Positions 1 to 7,271 of a stretch of DNA of 64,000 nucleotides are shown here, in pieces. The position numbers were made by a program, and so were the translations under genes. The stretch comes from Gammaproteobacteria bacterium (lineage in GTDB: Bacteria > Pseudomonadota > Gammaproteobacteria > Steroidobacterales > Steroidobacteraceae): NCBI GenBank assembly GCA_027324195.1, contig DAHVTM010000013.1:6950-70949 (forward strand), written 5' to 3'. The first letter of the stretch is position 1, and each line of letters begins with the position of its first letter. A model generated the notes under the pieces. That model had not been told where the DNA came from. It worked only from the letters and a program-made list of their open reading frames with translations, and made no database searches.

Positions 1-348
1 CTGCGCCGCCATCGAGCGCGTGCTCCATTGCGTGGCGTTGGCAGGCAAAGTCTGCGTCGTCAGTCGCACGATCTGCGCCGCGTCAACCTTCACCGGTCGC
101 CCACCGCGCGGCAAATCCTGCTCAATCGCCGCCAAGCCGCCCTCGATGTAGCGATTGCGCCAGCGTCCGACTTGAACACGACCAACGCCCACCTGGGCGG
201 CAATCGTATGGTTGTCCAACCCGTCCGCCGCACCCAGTACGATCTGCGCGCGGCGCGCCAATCGAACACTGACCGTCTTGGATCGAGCCAGCTGCAGCAA
301 CTTCGCTCGCTCCTCGTTCAACAACACAATCTCCGCCGCTTTGCGCAT
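1..348 (-). CDS. IS630-family transposase, N-terminal HTH part (ORF continues beyond left edge of window)
   Basis: Minus-strand translation from ATG 348-346 reads MRKAAEIVLLNEERAKLLQLARSKTVSVRLARRAQIVLGAADGLDNHTIAAQVGVGRVQVGRWRNRYIEGGLAAIEQDLPRGGRP..., the typical IS630-type double-HTH N-terminus. It is absent from the ORF track because there is no stop inside the window. The + ORFs 28..429 and 212..484 are its antisense shadows. Confidence 0.7.
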   Translation of the reverse strand, partial: MRKAAEIVLLNEERAKLLQLARSKTVSVRLARRAQIVLGAADGLDNHTIAAQVGVGRVQVGRWRNRYIEGGLAAIEQDLPRGGRPVKVDAAQIVRLTTQTLPANATQWSTRSMAAQ

Positions 349-486
349 CGCTCGTTCCCCATTGATCGCCTCAATGGTAAGACAGGAATTGCGCTCATCG
401 GTTCCGTTAATTATGAAGCACTACACTAGCGGTCTCTTGCCCGGTCGTATCGTCCGGAAAAATCGCGAGGGTAGAGTCCGGTGACG

Positions 487-510
487 GTTTCGCCGAATTT
501 TCGGCGAAAC
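487..510. repeat. Perfect 24-bp palindrome GTTTCGCCGAA-TT-TTCGGCGAAAC (copy 1 of 3)
   Basis: Read directly. The same palindrome recurs at 15947-15970 (perfect, centre TA) and at 11413-11436 (2 mismatches in the left arm). Confidence 0.9.
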
Positions 511-544
511 ACGATCTACCGGTTCAAGCCAGCCGCTGGCAAAA

Positions 545-589
545 TGGTGGAAAGGGAGGGACTCGAACCCTCGACCCCGGCATTATGAG
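545..589 (-). repeat. attL: 45-bp exact copy of the 3' end of tRNA-Met (CCA end to anticodon loop)
   Basis: tggtggaaagggagggactcgaaccctcgaccccggcattatgag is identical at 545-589 and 17537-17581. Identity ends at 590 (c) versus 17582 (t). Confidence 0.9.
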
Positions 590-630
590 CCGACTGCTTC
601 GCTCAAAATAGGCCTTATTTTCAATAACTT

Positions 631-715
631 ACCCGCGCGACGTTCGTTGCATTTGTCACGACTGAGCACAACCGAGCACGACTGATTCCCGCAAAGTTCC
701 CGCAAGACTCACAGG
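631..715. repeat. Imperfect direct repeat, copy A (contains TTGCATTTGTCACGAC and CCCGCAAAGTTCCCGCA)
   Basis: acccgcgcGACGTTCGTTGCATTTGTCACGAC...TGAGCAC...CCCGCAAAGTTCCCGCAAG aligns with 1278-1362 (caccgcggGACGTCCATTGCATTTGTCACGAC...TGAGCAC...CAAAATTCCCACAG). Confidence 0.55.
688..704 (+). repeat. CCCGCAAAGTTCCCGCA motif, candidate arm-type integrase/Xis site (attL arm)
   Basis: 15/17 identical to CCCGCAAATCTCCCGCA at 17473-17489 on the other side of the att core, in the same orientation. Confidence 0.35.
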
Positions 716-1277
716 CCATGAGGTCACCGAAGAGACCCCGCAGGGATTCGGTTACGAGCCGATGGGTGGGAAAGTAACTGGCACCGGCGGCAATCGGACG
801 AAGAGCAGCGGATCGTCAGAACGATGCTCATCTTTGCACCTAATAGCCGGTCGCGGATTCCGTGAATGAGCCTCGAACGGTCACTCATTTCCAACTCCGT
901 GCGCATTCGGACCTCGGGAAGAAACCGCGTGTTCACCCTCCGCATATTGCGACAGCCTTTCCAGGCGTACTTTCGAGTCCCTGCGCCGCACACACCACTC
1001 TTGGCCGCTTCGACGATTGGTGCCAGCGCATTAAAGCAGTGGCGCAGGGACAAGTCTAGGATCAGGAACCCGATGCACGACGCAACAAGGAGCCGTCGGC
1101 CCGTATGCCCGCCTAATGAACAGCTGATCGTCAGAACGGGAGTCGCGCGCACCAGCAGGCCAGTCGCCCGCGTGCGCGACCCATCGTTGGACCAGCGGTT
1201 TACAAATTTAGTCGGGCAGAAGGACTCCAAAATCGGACATTCATAATGCTTTGTTTCTATTGATGTTTCCGCAAACT

Positions 1278-1362
1278 CACCGCGGGACGTCCATTGCATT
1301 TGTCACGACAAAGCACTACTGAGCACCACGAATTGACACAAAATTCCCACAGACCAACGGTT
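1278..1362. repeat. Imperfect direct repeat, copy B
   Basis: See copy A (631-715). The shared 16-mer TTGCATTTGTCACGAC is exact. Confidence 0.55.
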
Positions 1363-1481
1363 CTCTTTTCACCGCTGCGAGCGGACGAGCCCATACCTTG
1401 ATCGGCTGCGAGAGCAGTTCCTGGACACCATCGGCCTTCCGCAAATCTGGCACCTCGCGACTCAGGCCAAGCGGGGGAAAT

Positions 1482-1559
1482 TGGGAGCGACGCCCGGAAT
1501 TGAACCGGGATTTCTCACGCTGTACCCTGATCATGTGGTGGATCTGGGCCAACGGCGCT
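1482..1559 (-). pseudogene. tRNA-like remnant (intact T-arm, acceptor end and CCA; D and anticodon arms do not fold)
   Basis: The minus strand reads ...CCCGG-TTCAATT-CCGGG-CGTCGCT-C-CCA, a 5-bp T stem with a 7-nt loop. The 5' strand AGCGCCG lies at the right distance (78 nt) and pairs 6/7 with the 3' acceptor strand. The middle part has no cloverleaf pairing. Confidence 0.3.
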
Positions 1560-1614
1560 CCGCGCGCCGTCTGGTCGTGAGCGTCTTGTCCGTTGGACGA
1601 CGCCGCTATTTGAC

Positions 1615-2097
1615 CTATGACTTCACGAGCTGCAGCTTGGGCTTGCCGGCGGCTTTCGCCTGGGCGTGTAGCTTCTTCTTGCGAATCTCCTCGAGCTCCT
1701 CCTCAGCAAACGGCTGGATCGCGTTTACGAGCCCCTGCAGGTTGTAACGGTTCGGTCGGCTGCCGTAAGCCTTGCGGTGCTCGATACGCGTCAGATAGCC
1801 GGCTTTTTCGAGCTTCTGCAGGCAGCGGCGAATGGTGCTGGGGTCCACGCCGATGGCTGCGCCCAGCGTCTTCTTGCTCGGCCGCGGCAGGTTAGGGGCG
1901 GTCCACCAGTAGGACAGAAGGTGCAGCAGCACATTTACGTCCAGCGGCTTCAGTTTCAGGCGCTGCTGGTATTTGATGATGACGTCCGGCACCGACGTGT
2001 AGCCGCTGGCGATGACCTTCTTGCCCCACTTGCCCTCAAGTTGGGACTTCTTCTCCGCCGCGGTCGACTTCACCGCCTCATCACTCGAATCTGCCAT
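1615..2097 (-). CDS. Winged-helix DNA-binding protein (MarR/replication-initiator-like HTH), function unknown
   Basis: 160 aa from ATG 2097 (MADSSDEAVK...). The central segment LGAAIGVDPSTIRRCLQKLEKAGYLTRIEHR is a classic wHTH. The track ORF 1615..2190 is N-terminally over-extended. Confidence 0.5.
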   Translation of the reverse strand: MADSSDEAVKSTAAEKKSQLEGKWGKKVIASGYTSVPDVIIKYQQRLKLKPLDVNVLLHLLSYWWTAPNLPRPSKKTLGAAIGVDPSTIRRCLQKLEKAGYLTRIEHRKAYGSRPNRYNLQGLVNAIQPFAEEELEEIRKKKLHAQAKAAGKPKLQLVKS

Positions 2098-2286
2098 GTC
2101 CGGTCTCCCTCGCGTTTTGATGAAAGGAAGTATGGCGATCTTTTGGATGGCGACAAGGAACCCCGGGGGACTTTCCTGCACCCCCCCCATTATCTCTGTA
2201 GCTCTGGCTTGCTTGGCGTCTGGTTACCTAAACGGTCTGGTTTGGGGGACTCCGCCGCCGCCCACCCCGGAGATCTTTTCGCCCAC

Positions 2287-2321
2287 CCGGGAGGGCATTG
2301 GCGCCCCCCGGTTTTTTTTTT
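2287..2321 (+). terminator. Strong intrinsic-terminator-like hairpin followed by T10, with no annotated upstream + strand gene
   Basis: CCGGG(A)GGGC attggc GCCCCCCGG forms 9 G:C-rich pairs with one bulge (2287-2311). It is followed by tttttttttt (2312-2321). Confidence 0.45.
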
Positions 2322-2488
2322 GATTTCGCGCTGTTCAACCGGGCGACGACAGCGGCGAAGCGTGAACCCTGGTGCCATCTCTCACCGCGATCTGCGCGAG
2401 CACGCGACTCTATCGGGCGGTCATCAATGATGCGTGTTCTGCGCCTCATACTGGTCCTCTATACAGTATGCCATTAGCGCCATATGTA

Positions 2489-2517
2489 TTCCACAAAATG
2501 CGTAATTTCTGTATAAT
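2489..2517 (+). promoter_or_regulatory. Putative sigma70 promoter of the TA/SPARTA gene string
   Basis: TATAAT at 2512-2517. TTCCAC lies 17 bp upstream (2489-2494). AGGA Shine-Dalgarno lies before ATG 2547. Confidence 0.35.
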
Positions 2518-2546
2518 TTACATTAGTCACCTCTTGAGGATCGACT

Positions 2547-2801
2547 ATGGCCCGAGTGCCTGCCAGTGAGTTTCAGCGCGAGTTTGGCCGCCTGCGAAGC
2601 GTGGCCCATCGAGAAGCAGTGATCGTCACCAGTCACGGTCGCGACGATGTGGTGCTGCTTTCCGCGGAAGAGTATCAGCGCTTGCGTAGCCTGGATCGAC
2701 GCGCCATGCACGTTTCCGAGCTAACCGACCATGAACTGGCTGGCCTTGATCGCGTGGAGATTCCCGCGGAGGCCGCCCGATACAACCACGAGATGACCTG
2801 A
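2547..2801 (+). CDS. Phd/YefM-family type II antitoxin
   Basis: 84 aa; MARVPASEFQREFGRLRSVAHREAVIVTSHGRDDVVLLSAEEYQRLRSL matches the Phd/YefM N-terminal fold signature. It lies 10 bp upstream of the toxin-like ORF. Confidence 0.75.
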   Translation: MARVPASEFQREFGRLRSVAHREAVIVTSHGRDDVVLLSAEEYQRLRSLDRRAMHVSELTDHELAGLDRVEIPAEAARYNHEMT

Positions 2802-2811
2802 CCGCCAGGGG

Positions 2812-3240
2812 ATGGCGCACCCTCCTCCACAACCTGGCCAGGTCATTCGGTATGCCTACCTCTGGTGGAATGAAGCGCGGACCGGTCGCGAGGAAGGCGC
2901 TAAAGATCGGCCTTGCGGCGTCGTCCTCACACAAATCGCCGAATCCGGTCACACCATTGTCTATGTGTTGCCCATTACGCATACACCGCCGATGAAGGAG
3001 GAAGACGGCATAGAAATCCCGCAGGCCACTAAGCGCCGCCTGGGTCTCGATGCCGAGCGGTCGTGGATCATCACAACCGAGTTCAATCGGTTCACTTGGC
3101 CGGGACCTGACGTCCGGCCCACGGCATCAGGCGACTACCTGTACGGCGTCTTGCCTGAAAAGTTGATGCGCTTGGTGCTGGATCAGGTGAAAAAGCGTGC
3201 CCGCGACAAATCGCTGAGGGCCGTACCTAGAACGGAGTGA
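2812..3240 (+). CDS. PemK/MazF-like (SH3-barrel) putative toxin
   Basis: 142 aa. The pattern PGQVIRYAYLW...GAKDRPCGVVL...VYVLPITHTPP...SWIITTEFN resembles the G-x-[IV]...K-x-RP-x-[LV]V...P-[IL]-T layout of PemK/MazF growth inhibitors. It is paired with a Phd antitoxin. Confidence 0.5.
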   Translation: MAHPPPQPGQVIRYAYLWWNEARTGREEGAKDRPCGVVLTQIAESGHTIVYVLPITHTPPMKEEDGIEIPQATKRRLGLDAERSWIITTEFNRFTWPGPDVRPTASGDYLYGVLPEKLMRLVLDQVKKRARDKSLRAVPRTE

Positions 3241-3259
3241 CGGACTGCAAACGGCGCGA

Positions 3260-4735
3260 GTGCACATGCCCAATACGAAAAAGAACACGGCGCCAAGTCC
3301 TGCCGACACGAATAACGCAGCCAGCAATGATGCGGGACGCCGCATCGTGTTCATCAGCCATTCGAATCCCGAAGACAATGATTTTACAACGTGGCTAGCC
3401 GCGCGTTTGGCGTCTGCCGGCTACGAGGTTTGGTCCGATATCACCAAGCTGATTGGAGGCGAGGTCTTCTGGAAGGACATCGAAGAGGCAATCCGGCGTC
3501 ACACGCTCAAGTTTGTGTCGGTTCTATCGGTTAGTGCGCCCACCAAGCGCGGATTTATGAAAGAGCTGAGCGTGGCGGACGCCATCGAGGGCAAAGGCAA
3601 GCTGGGTGATTTCATCATTCCTGTACGGATCGATAGCATTTCGTTCTCAGACATTCCAATTCAGATTCATAACAAGAACGTAATCGACTTTACGGTCGGC
3701 TGGAACGAGGGACTCGCTCGCCTACTCAAGAAGTTCGAACAAGACAAAGTCCCTCAGTCCGGCACCAATCTAGCTCCATCGTTATCCGATTGGGCCAAGG
3801 GCCACCTGGATTTGGAGCGAGGCGTACGATCCGAAGATCAGACGCTCATGTCGAATTGGCTGCCAATTGAATCTTTGCCCTCGACGGTCCGAATCTCATC
3901 CTTCACGCTCACGCCCTCGAACATAGAACCTCTGCAGGGCCAATGGCCCGCGCGCCTTGTCGGTAGCCGGATCGTTAGCTTCGCCCGCGCCCAGGATTTT
4001 GATTTGCCCGGTGAGTTTGCGAATTTGCGCAACGAGATCGAGATCGACACGGAGACGTTCTTGCGCTCAGGGACCTCGACGCTGCCGCAGCTCACATACA
4101 ACGATCGCAGTAACGTCTTAACCGACTTGCTCGGACAGGCGTGGCGAAGTTACGCCAAGGGACGAGGGCTGATCGCTTATTCGCTCGCCAACGGCAATCA
4201 GTGCTGGTTCTTACCGGCGCCCACCGCTACGCCAGAGCGGGTGGCCTATACCGACGCTCTGGGTAAGTCAGGCAAGCGCGTCCTTGTCGGAAGGAGCGAG
4301 AAACTCGGAGTGTACTGGCACCTCGCGGTGGAGTTTCAACCCTCGGTTGGCAAGCAGCACAGATTTACGGCGGTGACTCATGTTGTCTTCACCTCAGACG
4401 GTCAGACCGTGCTTCCCAGCGCGAGCCGGCAACACCGCCTGAGACGCACTTTTTGTAAACAATGGTGGCAAGACCGGTGGCGCGATCTCATCTCGGCGTA
4501 CCTCGCGAAATTGAGTGAACAAGAGGTAACTATCAACGTACCCATCGCACCGGATCGCACGGTCACCGTCTCTACATCACCACTGACATTCATCAGCCCC
4601 GTCAACGCATACTTCGAGGAGGCGGCGGCGTCGCTCGATGAACTACATGATGACGCGGATCTTCTGTACGACCCCGATGCGGATGACGATCTGCAAGACG
4701 ATGACGACCACGGGGACGCAGAATGCGCGAGTTGA
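3260..4735 (+). CDS. TIR-APAZ protein (SPARTA effector subunit)
   Basis: 491 aa (GTG 3260 or ATG 3266). The N-terminal TIR is RRIVFISHSNPEDNDFTTWLAARLASAGYEVWSD...FVSVLS...FMKELSVA, with candidate catalytic Glu102 at 3563-3565. A ~300-aa APAZ-like region follows, then a strongly acidic C-terminal tail (DELHDDADLLYDPDADDDLQDDDDHGDAE). It overlaps the pAgo start by 13 nt. Confidence 0.8.
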   Translation: MHMPNTKKNTAPSPADTNNAASNDAGRRIVFISHSNPEDNDFTTWLAARLASAGYEVWSDITKLIGGEVFWKDIEEAIRRHTLKFVSVLSVSAPTKRGFMKELSVADAIEGKGKLGDFIIPVRIDSISFSDIPIQIHNKNVIDFTVGWNEGLARLLKKFEQDKVPQSGTNLAPSLSDWAKGHLDLERGVRSEDQTLMSNWLPIESLPSTVRISSFTLTPSNIEPLQGQWPARLVGSRIVSFARAQDFDLPGEFANLRNEIEIDTETFLRSGTSTLPQLTYNDRSNVLTDLLGQAWRSYAKGRGLIAYSLANGNQCWFLPAPTATPERVAYTDALGKSGKRVLVGRSEKLGVYWHLAVEFQPSVGKQHRFTAVTHVVFTSDGQTVLPSASRQHRLRRTFCKQWWQDRWRDLISAYLAKLSEQEVTINVPIAPDRTVTVSTSPLTFISPVNAYFEEAAASLDELHDDADLLYDPDADDDLQDDDDHGDAECAS

Positions 4736-6249
4736 GACTGGACTACATAGCTGAGCCGAAACTCGTCTTCGGCAGCGGACAGCAGCTCGAATCGCCGAAA
4801 GATGGACTGTTCCTCTTCGGTCCAGAAAAGGTAATCAAGGAGCACGCCACGCTGCGCATTGGCGTCATCGGAACGAGGGCAGGAATCACTTTTTTCAATG
4901 AGTGGGTGTCTCGGGTAAAGGGTTTCGTGCAAGGAAAGGAGTCTTCCTCCGCGCAGCATCGATCTTTTCTAGGATTCAGCGCAGTCTACGGAGTGCGTTT
5001 GCCCGATAGCGCTGTTTGCGAGCTGCTCGTTAGTGATGAGGAGATCGACAAGGCGCTCATGGTCTCAGATCGGCACATTGCGATATTTAGAACAGTCGAT
5101 GTGTTCTCTGACCCGATCAAGCGTTATATCAACGAAGAAGAAGCGGTCGTCGATGTGTGGTTCGTTGTCATTCCTGAACGGATCTTCCTGTATGGCCGAC
5201 CGAAATCGATTGTACCCGTCGCCCTGCGCGTGGACTCCAACACGCACATGGACAAGAAACTAGCCAGAGAACTCATCGCCGAGCCTTCTCTATTCACTGA
5301 GGACAATGAAGCGGCCGAGCCGTACCTGTACGAAGTCAACTTTCACAACCAACTAAAGGCTCGCTTGCTGGAGAGCCCGCATCGCGCCGTCGTGCAAATC
5401 GTGCGCGAAACCGTTGTGGCGCCGGGCGCATTCCTGAAAAGCAATGGGAAGCCTTTGCGCGCCATTCAAGACCCCGCAACGGTAGCCTGGAACCTCTGCA
5501 CGACGGCCTATTTTAAGTCCGGTAGGCGACCTTGGCGCCTTGCCCGTGTCAGGGACAAAGTCTGCTATGTTGGACTGGTCTTCAAGCGTTTGCTCAATGA
5601 TGCCGAAGGCAGCGCCTGCTGCGGGGCGCAGATGTTTCTGGATTCGGGAGACGGGCTTGTTTTCAAAGGGGCAGTAGGTCCCTGGCGATCTGCAAACAAA
5701 GGCGAATATCACATTTCCCGAGAAGGTGCGCGCACTCTACTGGCCATGGTGGTCGAAGCATACAAGATCAAAGAAGGCTGCTACCCCTCGGAGCTATTCC
5801 TACATGGGCAGACCGCGTTCAACGACGACGAGTGGAGCGGCTTTACGGATGCGGTATCACCAGGGACCAATCTCGTGGGTGTTCGTATTCGATCTAGCCT
5901 CTCCATGAAGCTGTTCCGACCCGGCACCCATCCGATTCTTCGTGGCTCTGCGCTGCGGCTCTCGAGTCGCGCCGGATTTCTCTGGACGCGAGGCTTTATC
6001 CCATATCTGGGCACATATCCTGGTCGCGAAACCCCAAATCCCTTAAGAATCGATCTGCTGCGTGGAGAGGCCGACCTCCTGACGGTGATGGCGGACGTGA
6101 TGGCTTTGACGAAGCTCAACTTCAATGCGTGCATATACGGTGACGGACTTCCTGTCACTCTCCGCTTCGCAAGCGCGGTCGGCGAGATATTGACAGCAGG
6201 ACCGACGCCGGAAACTCAGCCGCCTCTTCCCTTCAAACATTATATTTAG
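4723..6249 (+). CDS. Short prokaryotic Argonaute (MID-PIWI only, apparently catalytically inactive), SPARTA sensor subunit
   Basis: 508 aa, too short for N/PAZ domains. The MID 5'-phosphate pocket HK-type motif is FHNQLK (H208/K212). PIWI-like blocks are ATVAWNLCTTAYFKSGRRPW, CYVGLVFK (no Asp at the first catalytic position), CCGAQMFLDSGDGLVFKG, LHGQTAF and KLNFNAC. The C-terminus is ...PFKHYI. Confidence 0.8.
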   Translation: MRELRLDYIAEPKLVFGSGQQLESPKDGLFLFGPEKVIKEHATLRIGVIGTRAGITFFNEWVSRVKGFVQGKESSSAQHRSFLGFSAVYGVRLPDSAVCELLVSDEEIDKALMVSDRHIAIFRTVDVFSDPIKRYINEEEAVVDVWFVVIPERIFLYGRPKSIVPVALRVDSNTHMDKKLARELIAEPSLFTEDNEAAEPYLYEVNFHNQLKARLLESPHRAVVQIVRETVVAPGAFLKSNGKPLRAIQDPATVAWNLCTTAYFKSGRRPWRLARVRDKVCYVGLVFKRLLNDAEGSACCGAQMFLDSGDGLVFKGAVGPWRSANKGEYHISREGARTLLAMVVEAYKIKEGCYPSELFLHGQTAFNDDEWSGFTDAVSPGTNLVGVRIRSSLSMKLFRPGTHPILRGSALRLSSRAGFLWTRGFIPYLGTYPGRETPNPLRIDLLRGEADLLTVMADVMALTKLNFNACIYGDGLPVTLRFASAVGEILTAGPTPETQPPLPFKHYI

Positions 6250-6280
6250 TGGATGTCGGGCCCAGCCACGCTACCACCCC

Positions 6281-7258
6281 TCACTCACGTTCAAGGCTCA
6301 GGCGCTCAAATTTCATCTTCGGGTAGAACTGGCGCGTCACGGCTTCCACGCTCTTGGCGATCCACAAGGGACAGAGCGGCGAGGTGCTCACCGAGGCGTT
6401 GCATCCCGTCAAATCCAGGCTCGCTCCGGCCGAATAGTAGCCCGGGTTCTCCGCGGTGAGTCTCACCGCGAAGCGAAACTCCTGGTCAAGGCGGAAGAAG
6501 CGATTCTTGCGGAATGCAGGATGTTGGACCGTGACGGTAGGCCCAGCCTCGTCGTCTACTTCGATTTCGAATTCAGGTGTTTCGTAGTCGACAAAGCCAT
6601 ACAGAAACTCGAAATTCTCCAGTCCTCGTTCCTTATCCATCAAATTCCGCTTGACCCAACTCGTGTCTTGTAATTGCTTGAGCAGTGCCGGCCCATCACA
6701 CGATATACAAACCCCTCCCTTGTGACCGCCGTAGGATCGCCACATCAGATCTGTCAGGGCTTCTCCCGCGTGCCAGCACGATACAAACCATCTCTCAGGT
6801 ACCTCGCCGGAAAACTCGTCGCCCAACTCCTCCGCCAGCAGATCTTCAGCCTTCTCAACCAACACCGAGTGGTCCACGTCCGCAGGGAGGGAGAACTCGG
6901 GCTCATTACACGAGTCGACTAGTGCCTGCTTGATGTCCTCACTCAAGGCATCGGGGAACGCGCAGTCGTAGGGGTCCTCGTATTCGGTGGCACGCGGGAT
7001 ATAGAGCTGTCGCGTGGTCAGAATCGACAGGTACTGCTCCAGCGGCATGAACCGAACCAACCGCGCTGGCGGCGCAGAGCTGGAGAACGGGCGCTCGATT
7101 TTGTAGTCCAGCCAATGTCCACTCGTATCGATGTACTCGCGGATATCGCCGCCACGGTCAACATCCTCCACGTCGTCCATATCATCCATTTCGTCGCTCA
7201 CCATCTGGTCCTCTCGCCATTCTGCTATCTTGAATTTGGTTGGCACGCAACGCGGCAC
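6281..7258 (-). CDS. DUF2971-like protein
   Basis: 325 aa (GTG 7258; alternative ATG 7204). Blocks LYIPRATEYEDPYDC, FVSCWHAGEALTDLMWRSYGGHKGGVCISCD and FRKNRFFRLDQEFRF match the DUF2971 layout as I recall it (LY.s....fNDp.E / mW..Y......GvcI / K...w..E.E.R). It has an acidic N-terminal stretch. It lies 13 bp downstream of the HEPN gene. Confidence 0.55.
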   Translation of the reverse strand: MPRCVPTKFKIAEWREDQMVSDEMDDMDDVEDVDRGGDIREYIDTSGHWLDYKIERPFSSSAPPARLVRFMPLEQYLSILTTRQLYIPRATEYEDPYDCAFPDALSEDIKQALVDSCNEPEFSLPADVDHSVLVEKAEDLLAEELGDEFSGEVPERWFVSCWHAGEALTDLMWRSYGGHKGGVCISCDGPALLKQLQDTSWVKRNLMDKERGLENFEFLYGFVDYETPEFEIEVDDEAGPTVTVQHPAFRKNRFFRLDQEFRFAVRLTAENPGYYSAGASLDLTGCNASVSTSPLCPLWIAKSVEAVTRQFYPKMKFERLSLERE

Positions 7259-7271
7259 GGACGCCGATGGT

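Noticed and set aside
487-510. The palindromes as abutted IS630 terminal inverted repeats (IR-TA-IR, MITE or excision footprint)
   Set aside because: Only copy 3 has the TA centre expected for IS630/Tc1 targets; the centres of the others are TT and AA. No further flank similarity typical of IS ends was seen. I cannot fully exclude this without the complete IS630 copy.
724-1299. 191-aa minus-strand ORF (and + ORFs 862..1059, 866..1246) in the attL-proximal region
   Set aside because: It has no recognisable motif, a Cys/Arg-rich composition, mutually overlapping frames and no RBS-like context. I treat it as degenerate or non-coding sequence between the two direct repeats.
1482-1559. Calling the tRNA-like element a functional tRNA-His
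   Set aside because: The G-1:C73 and acceptor/T-arm features fit. No D-arm or anticodon-arm pairing can be drawn, so I keep it only as a remnant.
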